29,955 nucleotides of DNA from Candidatus Rokuibacteriota bacterium (GCA_016184305.1 JACPCX010000135.1:1-29955); one strand, 5' to 3'; counted from the stretch's first letter, positions 1 through 9,912 are shown. Notes: generated by a model not told the origin, from the sequence alone. Made by a program: numbers and translations.

Positions 1-295
1 TGAAGAGCCGGGCCAGCACGACGAAGAGCAGGAGATGCACCAGCCCGTCGAGGAGGGTCTCGGCGAGATACAGGAGATCCGCCGCGGAGGCGATGGCGGC
101 CGCAACGGCCAGGGCCGCCCCGAGCGCTCGGTTGCGCAACCGTGCCCGCAGCGGCTCCTGCCACCAGCTCGCCACGAGCCCCAACCCGACCACCGCCATC
201 CCCACGGGGCCGATCAGCCCGGCCAGGAAGAGCGCGGCCAGCCCGTCGACCACCAGGAGATAGCCTGCGATGCGGACGGCCAGCGCGGGCGGCAT
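1..295 (-). CDS. DUF3488/transglutaminase (TgpA-like) membrane protein, N-terminal part (runs off window)
   Basis: Not in the ORF track. Manual translation from the ATG at 295 gives MPPALAVRIAGYLLVVDGLAALFLAGLIG...LVHLLLFVVLARLF, which is multi-TM. It starts 1 nt after the DUF58 stop, matching the usual moxR-DUF58-transglutaminase order. Confidence 0.7.
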   Translation of the reverse strand, partial: MPPALAVRIAGYLLVVDGLAALFLAGLIGPVGMAVVGLGLVASWWQEPLRARLRNRALGAALAVAAAIASAADLLYLAETLLDGLVHLLLFVVLARLF

Positions 296-296
296 C

Positions 297-1316
297 TCAG
301 CCGATCCCGATGCGGATCTCGCGCAAGCTCGCCACGTCGCCCGGCGACCCGCCTGGCGCGGCGCGAGCCGCTGCCCCCGGCCGCGCGCGCGGCTCGTACA
401 GCGCCAGCGCGGTGAGGATCCGGCGCTCCTGGACGCGGCCGCGGCCCAGCGGGACGAGTACGCCGGGACCGGCCAGCTCCACCAGGGCGCCGGCCCGCAG
501 GAGATGGGCGGCCAGCGCGGCGGCCTCGGACAGCCCCGCCTCGAGCCGCGCCGGGTCGCGCGCCCCGGTCCCGTCCAGCACGATGCGCGTGTCCATGCTC
601 GTGTCGGCCTCCAGCTCGCGCACCGTGAGGGCCTGGGTCTTCGCGCTGCTCCGCCAGTGGATGAGCCGGGGATCGTCCCCCGGCCGGTAGTCGCGAAGAT
701 TGTGGAGCTCGCTGCCGCGCCCGCGTCGGCGCGTCTGCGCCGAGCCGCTGCCCCCGATGCGCCGCAGCAGCTCCGCGGACACAGGGACCAGCGCGGGGTA
801 GACGAGAACCTCCTCGTCGAGGATCACCTGCCCTGCCTTGAGGAACACCCCGAACGGGAAGCGCGTGGTCACACGAACGCCGGGGAGGCGGTGGCGCCCG
901 CGCGCGGGGAGCATCACCTGCCAGGTCGCCAGGCGCTCGGCGCCGGCCGGGAGGCGCGGCAGGTAGACGACGCGGCCGGCCTCGCCCGGCCCCGGGACCT
1001 CGATGTTGATCGAGTAGGAGGGAACATGCCGCTTGCCGTTGGCCACGGTGGCGCCGATCAGCGCCGGGCGGCCCGCGTGGATCTCTTCGGGCACGATGGC
1101 CGTCAGGCGCAGGCCGCGCATCACGGCTTCCGACAGGATGCCGGACACCACGACGAGCCCCAGGAGCATCGAGGAGAGGAGGTAGAGGAGATTGTTGCCC
1201 GTGTTGATGGCCGCCACCCCGAGGCCCATGGCGGCGAAGAGGCACCACCAGCCGTCCCGGCTCGGCCAGACGGTGCGCCGGGGTCTCAGCAGGCGCCAGA
1301 GGCGGGCGTGAAGCAG
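297..1316 (-). CDS. DUF58 domain-containing protein
   Basis: AAINTGNNLLYLL, TRFPFG and LRDYRPGDDPRLIHWRSSAK motifs. The track starts it at 1229, but the frame is open upstream (LLHARLWRLLRPRRTVWPSRDGWW), so a CTG start at 1316 is likely. Confidence 0.88.
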   Translation of the reverse strand: MLHARLWRLLRPRRTVWPSRDGWWCLFAAMGLGVAAINTGNNLLYLLSSMLLGLVVVSGILSEAVMRGLRLTAIVPEEIHAGRPALIGATVANGKRHVPSYSINIEVPGPGEAGRVVYLPRLPAGAERLATWQVMLPARGRHRLPGVRVTTRFPFGVFLKAGQVILDEEVLVYPALVPVSAELLRRIGGSGSAQTRRRGRGSELHNLRDYRPGDDPRLIHWRSSAKTQALTVRELEADTSMDTRIVLDGTGARDPARLEAGLSEAAALAAHLLRAGALVELAGPGVLVPLGRGRVQERRILTALALYEPRARPGAAARAAPGGSPGDVASLREIRIGIG

Positions 1317-1326
1317 GGGGGCCCTC

Positions 1327-2262
<936 letters not shown>

Positions 2263-2379
2263 GGGCTCTTCTATAGTACAGCAGGAGTACAGCAGGCTCG
2301 CCCTCGGGGAGCCGTCAGCCCCTCCTCCTGCGCCTGTGACTTGCACCCCGATCGATTACACGATGCAGGGCATGATCGC

Positions 2380-2430
2380 GGACACCGGGGAGATCCTCGC
2401 GATCCGGGACACGCCGCCGGGAAGCGGCTG
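2380..2430 (+). repeat. 51-bp exact direct repeat, copy 1
   Basis: GGACACCGGGGAGATCCTCGCGATCCGGGACACGCCGCCGGGAAGCGGCTG, identical to 10273-10323. Confidence 0.95.
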
Positions 2431-2469
2431 GGGGACCGTCCCGACGCCGGTGTTCTGACCGAGATGCCA

Positions 2470-2638
2470 GGGACCACCTGACCGCGCCGAAGGCCACGGC
2501 GGCGGCGCGGAGTGTCTCCCGATAGAAGTCTGAGACGCCGTCCAGGGAGGCGAGGTGGCGCTGGAGCTTCGCGGCCTGGATCGCCAGCACCTAAGATCAG
2601 GGGCGCCCCTCGATCTCGTCCCACAACTGTCGTGCCAT
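2470..2638 (-). pseudogene. Phenylacetate-CoA ligase (PaaK)-family 5' remnant
   Basis: RBS GGAGGGAG and ATG at 2638. Reads MARQLWDEIEGRP*S*VLAIQAAKLQRHLASLDGVSDFYRETLRAAAV, with in-frame TGA (2597-2599) and TAG (2591-2593). Resembles the PaaK N-terminus and is then truncated. The end coordinate is approximate. Confidence 0.6.
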
Positions 2639-2669
2639 GGCTCTCCCTCCGGCGATCCCGCGCTCGGGC

Positions 2670-3431
2670 CTACGCGCCCGCCACCGTCGCCCCTCCGTCC
2701 ACGGGCAACGCCACGCCCGTGATCCACTTCGCCTCGTCGCTGGCCAGGAACATCGTTGCGTACGCGACATCGTCAGGTTCACCCAGGCCAAGCGGGTGGC
2801 TCCTCATGAGCGTCTCGTACCCGCCATGCCCGCGAAGCGCGGCCACCCATTCGCGGTTGAGATCGGTCTCGACGAACGCCGGGCAGACAGCGTTGACGCG
2901 CACCCCTTGCCGCGCGTAGTCCAGGGCCATGCTGCGGGTCAGGAGCACCACGGCGGCCTTCGAGGCGCCGTAGGCCGCGCGATGACGGGCCGGCCGGAGG
3001 CCGGTGGTCGAGGCGATGTTGACGATGTTCCCGCGCGACTTGACGAGCGCGGGCATCGCGTACTTGCAGCAGAGGAAGACGCTGGTCAGGTTCCCGTCGA
3101 GCGTCGTTCGCCACTGCTCCTCGGTGCACTCGGCCACCTTGGTTCGGGTCGGCAACACCCCGGCGTTGTTGACCAGGACGTCGAGGCGATCGAACGCCTG
3201 GAGGGTGGCCTCGACAAGCCGGCACACATCGGCGGCCACCGTGACATCCGCGGGCACCGGGAGGGCGCGGCCCCCCGCCCGCTCGATCGCCTCCCCCACC
3301 GCGGTGATCGGGCCCGGGCGCCGGCCGTTCACCACGACGCTCGCCCCCTCCCGCGCGAACAGTGTCGCGATGCTTCGGCCGAGGCCGGTCCCCGCGCCGG
3401 TGACGATCGCCACCTTGTCCCGGAGACGCAT
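2670..3431 (-). CDS. Classical short-chain dehydrogenase/reductase (SDR)
   Basis: TGAGTGLG, NNAG and YGASK catalytic motif; C-terminal ITGVALPVDGG. Confidence 0.95.
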   Translation of the reverse strand: MRLRDKVAIVTGAGTGLGRSIATLFAREGASVVVNGRRPGPITAVGEAIERAGGRALPVPADVTVAADVCRLVEATLQAFDRLDVLVNNAGVLPTRTKVAECTEEQWRTTLDGNLTSVFLCCKYAMPALVKSRGNIVNIASTTGLRPARHRAAYGASKAAVVLLTRSMALDYARQGVRVNAVCPAFVETDLNREWVAALRGHGGYETLMRSHPLGLGEPDDVAYATMFLASDEAKWITGVALPVDGGATVAGA

Positions 3432-3437
3432 CCGCGG

Positions 3438-3860
3438 TCAGCCGGCCTTCGCCGCGTCGGCGCGCCTGAAGCGCGGGAACGTGATCTCGGGGCTCACCCG
3501 ATCGTAGACGATCTCCACCGGCTGGCCGATCCTGACCGTCTCCGGGGGCGTCTCGACCAGCGCGCTGATCATCCTCGGCCCCTCGGCCAGCTCCACGAGG
3601 ACCACGGTGTACGGGACGTCGTCCTTGAACTCCGGCGACGGCGGCCGGTGCACGGTGCTGAAGCTGTAGATCGTGCCCCGGCCGCGCGCCGGGCGGTGCT
3701 CGAGGCTGGCGCTCAAGCAGCGCCCGCACATGGCCCGCTGGTAGAACTGCACGTGGCCGCAGTCACGGCAGTGCTGGAGCAGGAGCTCGCCGCGGGCGAG
3801 CCCGGCCCAGTACGCCCGCGTGTCGTCGTCGATCCGCGGCAGCGGCTTCTGGCCACTCAT
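3438..3860 (-). CDS. Zn-ribbon/OB-fold DUF35 (ChsH2-like) acyl-CoA-binding protein
   Basis: CRDC...CGRC zinc ribbon, GTIYSFSTVH, PYTVVLVELAEGPRM. Overlaps the thiolase stop by 4 nt. Confidence 0.93.
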   Translation of the reverse strand: MSGQKPLPRIDDDTRAYWAGLARGELLLQHCRDCGHVQFYQRAMCGRCLSASLEHRPARGRGTIYSFSTVHRPPSPEFKDDVPYTVVLVELAEGPRMISALVETPPETVRIGQPVEIVYDRVSPEITFPRFRRADAAKAG

Positions 3861-5029
3861 CCGTTCGCCTCCGTGCCCAGGATGATCGTCGCGTTCGTCG
3901 CGAAGCCCCCGCCGAGGCTATGGCAGAGCGTCAGCTCGGCGCCGGCGACCTGGCGCTCTCCCGCCTCGCCCCGGAGCTGGCGCACCATCTCGACGATGTG
4001 GAAGAAGCCGCCCGGCAGCCCCGGGTGCGCGTAGGAGAGCATCCCACCGTGGGTGTTGATCGGGATCCGGCCGCCATGGGTGATCTGGCCGGCCTCCACG
4101 AACGGGCCGCCCTCCCCCTTCTTGCAGAAGCCCAGGTCCTCCAGCATCATGATCACGGTCCCGGTGAAGCAGTCGTAGATGCCGGCCACGTCGATGTCCC
4201 CGGGGCCGACGCCGGCCATCGCGTACGCCCGCCGGCTGGAGATGGCGGCGCCGGTAGTCGTGATCGACTCCGCGCAGAAGATGTGCTCCTGCGTATAGCT
4301 CTCGCCCCCGCCGAGCAGATAGACCGGCTTCTTCCGGAGATCCCTGGCCCGCTCCGCGGCCGTCAGCACGAACGCCGCCCCCCCGTCGCTCACGAGCGCG
4401 CAGTCGAGCATGTGGTAGGGCGTCGTGATGGGCTTGGACGCGAGCACGTCCTCGACCGTGATCGGGGCCGTCATGTGCGCTCCCGGCTTCTTCAGGGCAT
4501 GCCCGCGGGTGACGACGGCCACCCGGGCGAGCTGCTCGGGCGTCGTGCCGTACTCCGCCATGTGGCGCTGGGCGGTGAGCGCGAACGTCGTGGCCACGAG
4601 CAGACCGAACGGCGCCTCGTACTGGGGGTCGCGGCTCTCGATGAGCGCCTTGACCGCGAGGTCGCGCGTCAACCCTGACAGCATGTTGTCCCCGCAACAG
4701 ACGACGACGGTGTCGGCAAGCCCGGCGTGGATCGCCGCGGCGGCCACGTTGACCGACGCGGCCGCGGTCGCGCCCGACACGTTCAGCGTGTTCGAGAAGG
4801 TCGGCTGGATGCCGAGGTACTCGCTGACCGCGACGCTCATGCGGGGGAAGGGCGCCACGAAGCTCGGGGCGGTCACGAGGCCGTCCACCTGGGACTTGCC
4901 GATTCCGGCGTCCTCGAGCGCGAGCCGCGTCGCTTCCGCGTTGAACCAGAGGGCGCTCCGGCCCGGCACCTTGCCGACGGCAGTCTCGCCGACGCCAACA
5001 ATCGCGACCTGGCCCTTGAAGCTTCGCAT
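3857..5029 (-). CDS. Thiolase-fold (SCP2/Ltp2-like) protein, probably an aldolase
   Basis: Start at the ATG at 5029 (MRSFKGQVAIVGVGET). DCALVSDGGAA, IYDCFT, INTHGGMLS, VRQLRGEAGERQV. No Cys at the nucleophile position (NVSGAT). Confidence 0.9.
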   Translation of the reverse strand: MRSFKGQVAIVGVGETAVGKVPGRSALWFNAEATRLALEDAGIGKSQVDGLVTAPSFVAPFPRMSVAVSEYLGIQPTFSNTLNVSGATAAASVNVAAAAIHAGLADTVVVCCGDNMLSGLTRDLAVKALIESRDPQYEAPFGLLVATTFALTAQRHMAEYGTTPEQLARVAVVTRGHALKKPGAHMTAPITVEDVLASKPITTPYHMLDCALVSDGGAAFVLTAAERARDLRKKPVYLLGGGESYTQEHIFCAESITTTGAAISSRRAYAMAGVGPGDIDVAGIYDCFTGTVIMMLEDLGFCKKGEGGPFVEAGQITHGGRIPINTHGGMLSYAHPGLPGGFFHIVEMVRQLRGEAGERQVAGAELTLCHSLGGGFATNATIILGTEANG

Positions 5030-5031
5030 GG

Positions 5032-6177
5032 CTACAGCCCCAGGCTCTTGGCGATGATGCCGCGCTGGATCTGGCTCGTGCCTCCGCCGACCGTCGCCTG
5101 CTTGCCCTCTCGCCAGTACCGCTCCATATCGTACTCGGGGAGCTGGGCGTATCCGCCCAGGATCTGCATGCCCTTGGTGGCGACATCGAGGAGCGTCTCG
5201 GACGCAAAGAGCTTGGCCATGGCCGCCTCCTTGGTGCAGGCGCGCCTCTGGCTCGCCAGGTACGCGACCCGGTACACCATGAGCGTCGCCGCATCGACCT
5301 GGGTCTGCATGTCCGCGAGCATGTGCTTGATCACCTGGAACTCGCCGATCGGGCGGCCGAACTGGTGTCGCTCCCTGGCGTACCGGAGCGCATCGGAGAC
5401 GGCGGTCTGGGCGCAGCTCACGTAGCCCGCCGAGATCGCCAGCCGCTCGATCTCCAGGTGCTCGACCAGGTACCGCCAGCCCGCGTTCAGCTCCCCGAGG
5501 AGGTTCTCGCGCGGCACGCGCGCGTCCGTCAGGAAGATCTCGTTCGTGCCTGTTGCGCGGCGCGCCAGGGTCGGCAGGAGCCGCAACTCCAGTCCCGGGG
5601 TGTCGTTCGGGACGAGCAGGAGGCTGATCCCCTTGTGCTTGGGCGCGTTCGGGTCGGTGCGGACCGCCATGCAGATGATGTTGTCCTTGGCGTGAGCGGC
5701 CGAGGCGAAGACCTTCTGGCCGTTGAGGACGAAGTGGTCGTCCTGCAGCTCGGCGCGGCAGGTCAGACTGGCCACATCCGATCCGGCGTTCGGCTCCGTC
5801 ATCGAGATGGAGAACCGGATCCTGCCCTCGATGAAGGCCGGCAGGTACCGCTTCTTCTGTTCGGGGGTGCCGTGGCGCACGATGTTCATGGCGGTGAAGG
5901 TGGACACCCCGAACGCGCTCGAGAGGTCCACGTGGTACTTGCCCATGGCGCCCATGAAGATGGCGTAGAACATGGCGTCGGCCCCCATCCCGCCATACTC
6001 CTCCGGGATCAGCAGGCCGAGCCATCCCTGCCGCGCGACTGTCTCGTACAGCTCGTAGGGGTAGTGCCGCTCCACGTCGCACCGCCGCGCATACTCGCGC
6101 CCCCCGCCCTCGGTGTCGATGAACCGGTGGACGGTGTCGTGCCACATCTGCTGTTCCTCGCTGAAATCGAATCGCAT
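5032..6177 (-). CDS. Acyl-CoA dehydrogenase
   Basis: SMTEPNAGSD, LNGQKVF, RHQFGRPIGEFQVIKH, GGGTSQIQR. The likely catalytic Glu is in LEIERL (IVD/LCAD-type position). Confidence 0.95.
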   Translation of the reverse strand: MRFDFSEEQQMWHDTVHRFIDTEGGGREYARRCDVERHYPYELYETVARQGWLGLLIPEEYGGMGADAMFYAIFMGAMGKYHVDLSSAFGVSTFTAMNIVRHGTPEQKKRYLPAFIEGRIRFSISMTEPNAGSDVASLTCRAELQDDHFVLNGQKVFASAAHAKDNIICMAVRTDPNAPKHKGISLLLVPNDTPGLELRLLPTLARRATGTNEIFLTDARVPRENLLGELNAGWRYLVEHLEIERLAISAGYVSCAQTAVSDALRYARERHQFGRPIGEFQVIKHMLADMQTQVDAATLMVYRVAYLASQRRACTKEAAMAKLFASETLLDVATKGMQILGGYAQLPEYDMERYWREGKQATVGGGTSQIQRGIIAKSLGL

Positions 6178-6195
6178 GTCATCGCTCCTGTCCTG

Positions 6196-6975
6196 CTAGG
6201 ACCTCAGCACGCCCTCGACGTCGACACGCTGCCGCAAGATCTCCATCTCGTCCGCACTCGGCGCCTCGGTCTCCGGGACGCGCGGGGCGATGATCGGCGC
6301 GAAACCGGTCCGCGCCAGCACCTCTTCGACGGTGACGCCGGGGTGCACGCTCCTGAGACGCATGCGCTTGGTCTCCTCCTCGAAATCGAAGACACAGAGC
6401 GGGGTGATGCAGTACTTCGGGCCACCACCGGGCAGGCCGAGCTTCGTGCGTGCGTCGGCGCCCCCACGGCCCCACCCGAATGCCGTGATGAAGTCACAGC
6501 GCTCCACCAGCACGCGCGGATCGTGGCTGTTCAGGTACAGGTGGTAGCGCTTCGTGTACGTCGTCATCGTCGTCGTGCCGATCGCACCCGGCCCCCGGAA
6601 CCGCAGGCGCCGGTAGTCCGTGCCGACACCGATCAGATTGGAGTTGCCGAACTGGTCGATCTGGATCCCGCCGACGAAGAACACGTCTGACATGAGCTTC
6701 GGCGAGTCGAACGTCTCGTGGTGCTGCATGTACGACTCCGCCCAGCGCGCGGCGCGGAAGTCGCGATTGTACTTGAAGGGTTGCAGGACCGGCTCCTTCA
6801 GGAGGTTCGTCTGCGTCGCCGAGAGCCCGATGGTCATGTTCGGTCCGTGGTGCAGGTGGGCGAGCAGCACACCCGCGCGCGGCACGGGCAGGTTCGCGCC
6901 CACGACTACGTTCTCGCCATCCTGCAAGTCACGCGCCATGAACGCCGCGATGAGTTCCTTCGTCGTGTATGTCAT
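6196..6975 (-). CDS. Class I CoA-transferase-fold beta subunit (GctB/IpdB-like)
   Basis: FFVGGIQIDQFGNSN, LVERCDFIT, ITPLCVFDF, SVHPGVTVEEV...TGF. Confidence 0.9.
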   Translation of the reverse strand: MTYTTKELIAAFMARDLQDGENVVVGANLPVPRAGVLLAHLHHGPNMTIGLSATQTNLLKEPVLQPFKYNRDFRAARWAESYMQHHETFDSPKLMSDVFFVGGIQIDQFGNSNLIGVGTDYRRLRFRGPGAIGTTTMTTYTKRYHLYLNSHDPRVLVERCDFITAFGWGRGGADARTKLGLPGGGPKYCITPLCVFDFEEETKRMRLRSVHPGVTVEEVLARTGFAPIIAPRVPETEAPSADEMEILRQRVDVEGVLRS

Positions 6976-6984
6976 GCTCCGTCC

Positions 6985-7881
6985 TCAGACCTCGTGGAGC
7001 GAGAGGATGCGGGGGAACCCAACGGTCTGGAGGTACTCCGCGTGGTTCGCCGGACCCAGGATGTAGCGGTCGAGGTACTCGGCGAATGGGCGCCGGTCCC
7101 CCTGGACCGCCGCCCGTGCCGCCCGGAGGTACTCGTTCAGGTGATCCTCGTCGTGGAGGTAGAAGCCCGGACTCTGGTACGGGTGGGACCCGTAGGGCGC
7201 CCGCACCACGGCGTCGACGTTCCAGACGGCCGTGGCCAGGGGATTCTTGCGGATCTCCTCGTTCGGGACGACGCGCTCGACGGTCACGATCGTCGTCACC
7301 GCCGCGCGATGGTGGGCCCGATCGCCCATCCCGCTGCCGACGAACTGCACGTTCCCGTAGGCGTCGGCGACCGCGGCATGGATCAGCGCGACATCCGGCT
7401 GGAGCGGCGGCACGGCGACGAGCGGGCGCCCGGTGATCGGATCGTTGAAGAGCCGGAGGTCCGGATTCACCTCCGGAAGCGACGTGCCCAGTCCCGACAG
7501 CGTCGGCAGGAAGGGGAGCTTGAGGGCGGCGGCGCGCAGGGCGGTGTAGTAGATGCCCTCGTCGCACTCCCACACGTCGATCTCCCCGCGCTGCACCGCG
7601 GCCTGGTAGAAGGGCCCGATGGGCGCCAGCGCCTCGCCGCCGACGTACGGGGTGATCACCCGCCTCGCGCAGCCCGCGCCGACCAGGAGGTCCACCTCGA
7701 GGCCCGCGGAGGCGGCCCCGATCACCGTCAGGTTCTTCGTGCCTTGCTTGATGATCTGGCGGATGACGGCCATCGGGTGGCTCGACATGATGTGGCCGCC
7801 GATGACGATGGCCATGCCATCCGTCACCCGCGCGGCGGCCTGGATCTCGTCGACGATGCGACTCCTGCGCTCGCCGGTCAT
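6985..7881 (-). CDS. Class I CoA-transferase-fold alpha subunit (GctA/IpdA-like)
   Basis: DGMAIVIGG, ECDEG...LRAAALKLPFLP, PDVALIHA..AD.YGN, APYGSHP. The ATG at 7881 overlaps the LLM stop (ATGA). Confidence 0.9.
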   Translation of the reverse strand: MTGERRSRIVDEIQAAARVTDGMAIVIGGHIMSSHPMAVIRQIIKQGTKNLTVIGAASAGLEVDLLVGAGCARRVITPYVGGEALAPIGPFYQAAVQRGEIDVWECDEGIYYTALRAAALKLPFLPTLSGLGTSLPEVNPDLRLFNDPITGRPLVAVPPLQPDVALIHAAVADAYGNVQFVGSGMGDRAHHRAAVTTIVTVERVVPNEEIRKNPLATAVWNVDAVVRAPYGSHPYQSPGFYLHDEDHLNEYLRAARAAVQGDRRPFAEYLDRYILGPANHAEYLQTVGFPRILSLHEV

Positions 7882-8882
7882 CGGGCGTTCCGGATCACGG
7901 CATCGGCGAACTCGCGCAGGAAGCGCATCCGGTCCGGCACGAAGGCCGTGATCAGGATTTGCGAGACGCCGTGGAGGCGCAAACGCTCGACCGTCGCCGC
8001 GCACTCATCGGGGGTTCCCGCGATGGCGAAGCGCTCCGCCAGGTAGTCGGTCAGCCCGAGCTCGTCGGTCAACGCGGCGTTGGCGGTGGGGCCCAGGTGC
8101 TCGTGCTGGTGGAAGGCGTAGCGGCGCCGCAGCTCGCGGATGGCCTCGTGGTGGCGCTCGGGAACGTGCTTGCCTTCCAGCGTGGCCCGGAACGCGTGGT
8201 TGGCGCTCGCCGCCAGCGCCATCTTGATCTCCCCCACCGCCTGCGCGCGGATCGAGGCGATGTTGGCCTTCGCGAACCACCAGATGTCCAGGTCCGCGAG
8301 GCTCCGCCCCGACTTCCGGGCGCCGCGCTGGAGACAGGCCAGGGAGCCGTCGATCACGTCGGGCGTGAGGCCCGTGCCGACGATGACGCCGTCGCACAGC
8401 TCGCCCGCCAGCTCGAGCGTGCGCGGTCCCTCGGCGGCGATCCAGAGGGGCACCGGCCGCCTGATCCACTGGGTGTGGATCGAGCGGCCCTCGAACTCGA
8501 CCCGCTCGCCCCGCATGAGCGCCTTGAGGGTCACGAGCGTCCGCCGCAGGGTGTCGAGCGGCGCGAGCCGCTGGCCCAGGTTGTAGATCGCGCTGTCGCC
8601 GCTCCCGACGCCGAGGAACGCGCGCCCGCCGGACACTTCGTCGAGGCTGGCGATGGCGCTGGCGGTCACCGCCGGGTGGCGCGTGATCGGGTTGGTGACC
8701 GTCGGCCCCAGCCGGAGCCGTGTCGACGCCAGGGCGCACACCGTCAGGCTCACGTAGACCTCGCGGTAGAGGGACTGCGAGTCTCCCATGCCGAGGAGGT
8801 CGTAGCCCCGCTCCTCCATGAGGCGCGCGAGCGGCCCGAGCGCGCGGGTGTCGTCGGGAACGAGGGTCACGCCGAATCGCAT
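7878..8882 (-). CDS. LLM class flavin/F420-dependent oxidoreductase (Mer-like)
   Basis: GDSQ, GPTVTNPITRHP, SGGRAFLGVGSGDS, AAEGPRTLELAGELCDGV. Confidence 0.92.
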   Translation of the reverse strand: MRFGVTLVPDDTRALGPLARLMEERGYDLLGMGDSQSLYREVYVSLTVCALASTRLRLGPTVTNPITRHPAVTASAIASLDEVSGGRAFLGVGSGDSAIYNLGQRLAPLDTLRRTLVTLKALMRGERVEFEGRSIHTQWIRRPVPLWIAAEGPRTLELAGELCDGVIVGTGLTPDVIDGSLACLQRGARKSGRSLADLDIWWFAKANIASIRAQAVGEIKMALAASANHAFRATLEGKHVPERHHEAIRELRRRYAFHQHEHLGPTANAALTDELGLTDYLAERFAIAGTPDECAATVERLRLHGVSQILITAFVPDRMRFLREFADAVIRNAR

Positions 8883-8928
8883 GTCACACCTCCTGGTCCG
8901 GCGCCGGGTCGAGCCGGGGCACCACCTC

Positions 8929-9912
8929 CTATTTCGCCTCGGGCGGGATCAGCTCGTCCGGGATCTTGAGGCCCAGCTCCCGGTAGAACCTGATCGCGCC
9001 GGCGTGCAGCGGAGACAGCGCGTGCTCGATCGTGCCGCGCGGATTCCGGTACGCGGCGCCCATCACCGCCTGGGGCTGGTGCTCCTGCCCCTCCCAGATC
9101 GCCTTGACGACCTTGTAGGCGAGGTCCGCGGGCATGCTCTTGGTCCCCGCCACGAAGGCGAGCGACGCCGTGGTCCAGAACTCCCCCAGTCCCTTGATCG
9201 ACCCGGCCGGCACCTTGATCCACGGCAGGTACGGCCGCACGGCCCGGACCTTCTTCACATCCTCTTCGCTGAACGGCAGCGTGCGGAGCGCGGTCCGGGT
9301 GGCGATATCCATCGTGGAGGCGTCGAGGAAAAAGCCGGAACCGCTCTTGGCGAAGCCCACGATCCGCTTGTCCTTCATGGCGTCCACAGTGTCGGCCGTG
9401 CCCATCCGCTGCCAGTCGGGCTTGATCCCCAGGATGCCGAAGACCGTCTCGGTCCCCTTCTCCACGGCCGAGCCCCGGATGCCCGGGGTGAACTTCTTGC
9501 TCGTCAGCTCATGGATGCTCTTGATCCCGGTCTCCTCGCGGACGGTGACGTAGTTGGCGGAGACGCTGTACAGCCACAGCTGCCGGATGCCCTCGAACGG
9601 GGCGTCCTTCCAGGTTTCCTGTCCCCGCCACGCCAGGTAGACCTGGTCGGCCGTAACCAGCCCCATGTCGAGCTGGCCCTTCTGCATCCGCTTGATGTTT
9701 TCCACGGTGGCTCCCGTCTCCACGACAGTGACGTTCAGCTCGGGAACCAGCAGGTTGATGGCCTTGGCCGCGCCCACGAAGTACGAGTAGTGGCTCGACG
9801 AGGTCTGAGTGCTGCCCATCGCCAGGTTCCGCATCTGCGCGTCCGCCGCGGACCAGACGCCAACCAGGGGGACGAGAGCGACCGCCACTGCGAGAGCCCC
9901 TATTCGTTTCAT
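8929..9912 (-). CDS. TAXI family TRAP transporter solute-binding subunit
   Basis: RBS GGAGGGGG and ATG at 9912. Signal peptide MKRIGALAVAVALVPLVGVWSAADA, then ETGATVENI and PLHAGAIRFYRELG. Confidence 0.92.
   Translation of the reverse strand: MKRIGALAVAVALVPLVGVWSAADAQMRNLAMGSTQTSSSHYSYFVGAAKAINLLVPELNVTVVETGATVENIKRMQKGQLDMGLVTADQVYLAWRGQETWKDAPFEGIRQLWLYSVSANYVTVREETGIKSIHELTSKKFTPGIRGSAVEKGTETVFGILGIKPDWQRMGTADTVDAMKDKRIVGFAKSGSGFFLDASTMDIATRTALRTLPFSEEDVKKVRAVRPYLPWIKVPAGSIKGLGEFWTTASLAFVAGTKSMPADLAYKVVKAIWEGQEHQPQAVMGAAYRNPRGTIEHALSPLHAGAIRFYRELGLKIPDELIPPEAK

Noticed and set aside
150..200. Apparent frameshift in the tgpA-like gene
   Set aside because: A recount of the G/C run shows the frame is intact (GTC GGG TTG GGG CTC GTG).
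2380..2430. 51-bp repeat as a tRNA-derived att site or CRISPR repeat
   Set aside because: It has no T-arm/CCA features, there are only two copies 7.9 kb apart, and there are no spacers, cas genes or integrase.
3857..6145. 762-aa ORF suggesting a long N-terminal fusion to the thiolase
   Set aside because: The first ~370 aa are an off-frame shadow of the acyl-CoA dehydrogenase. The real thiolase starts at 5029.
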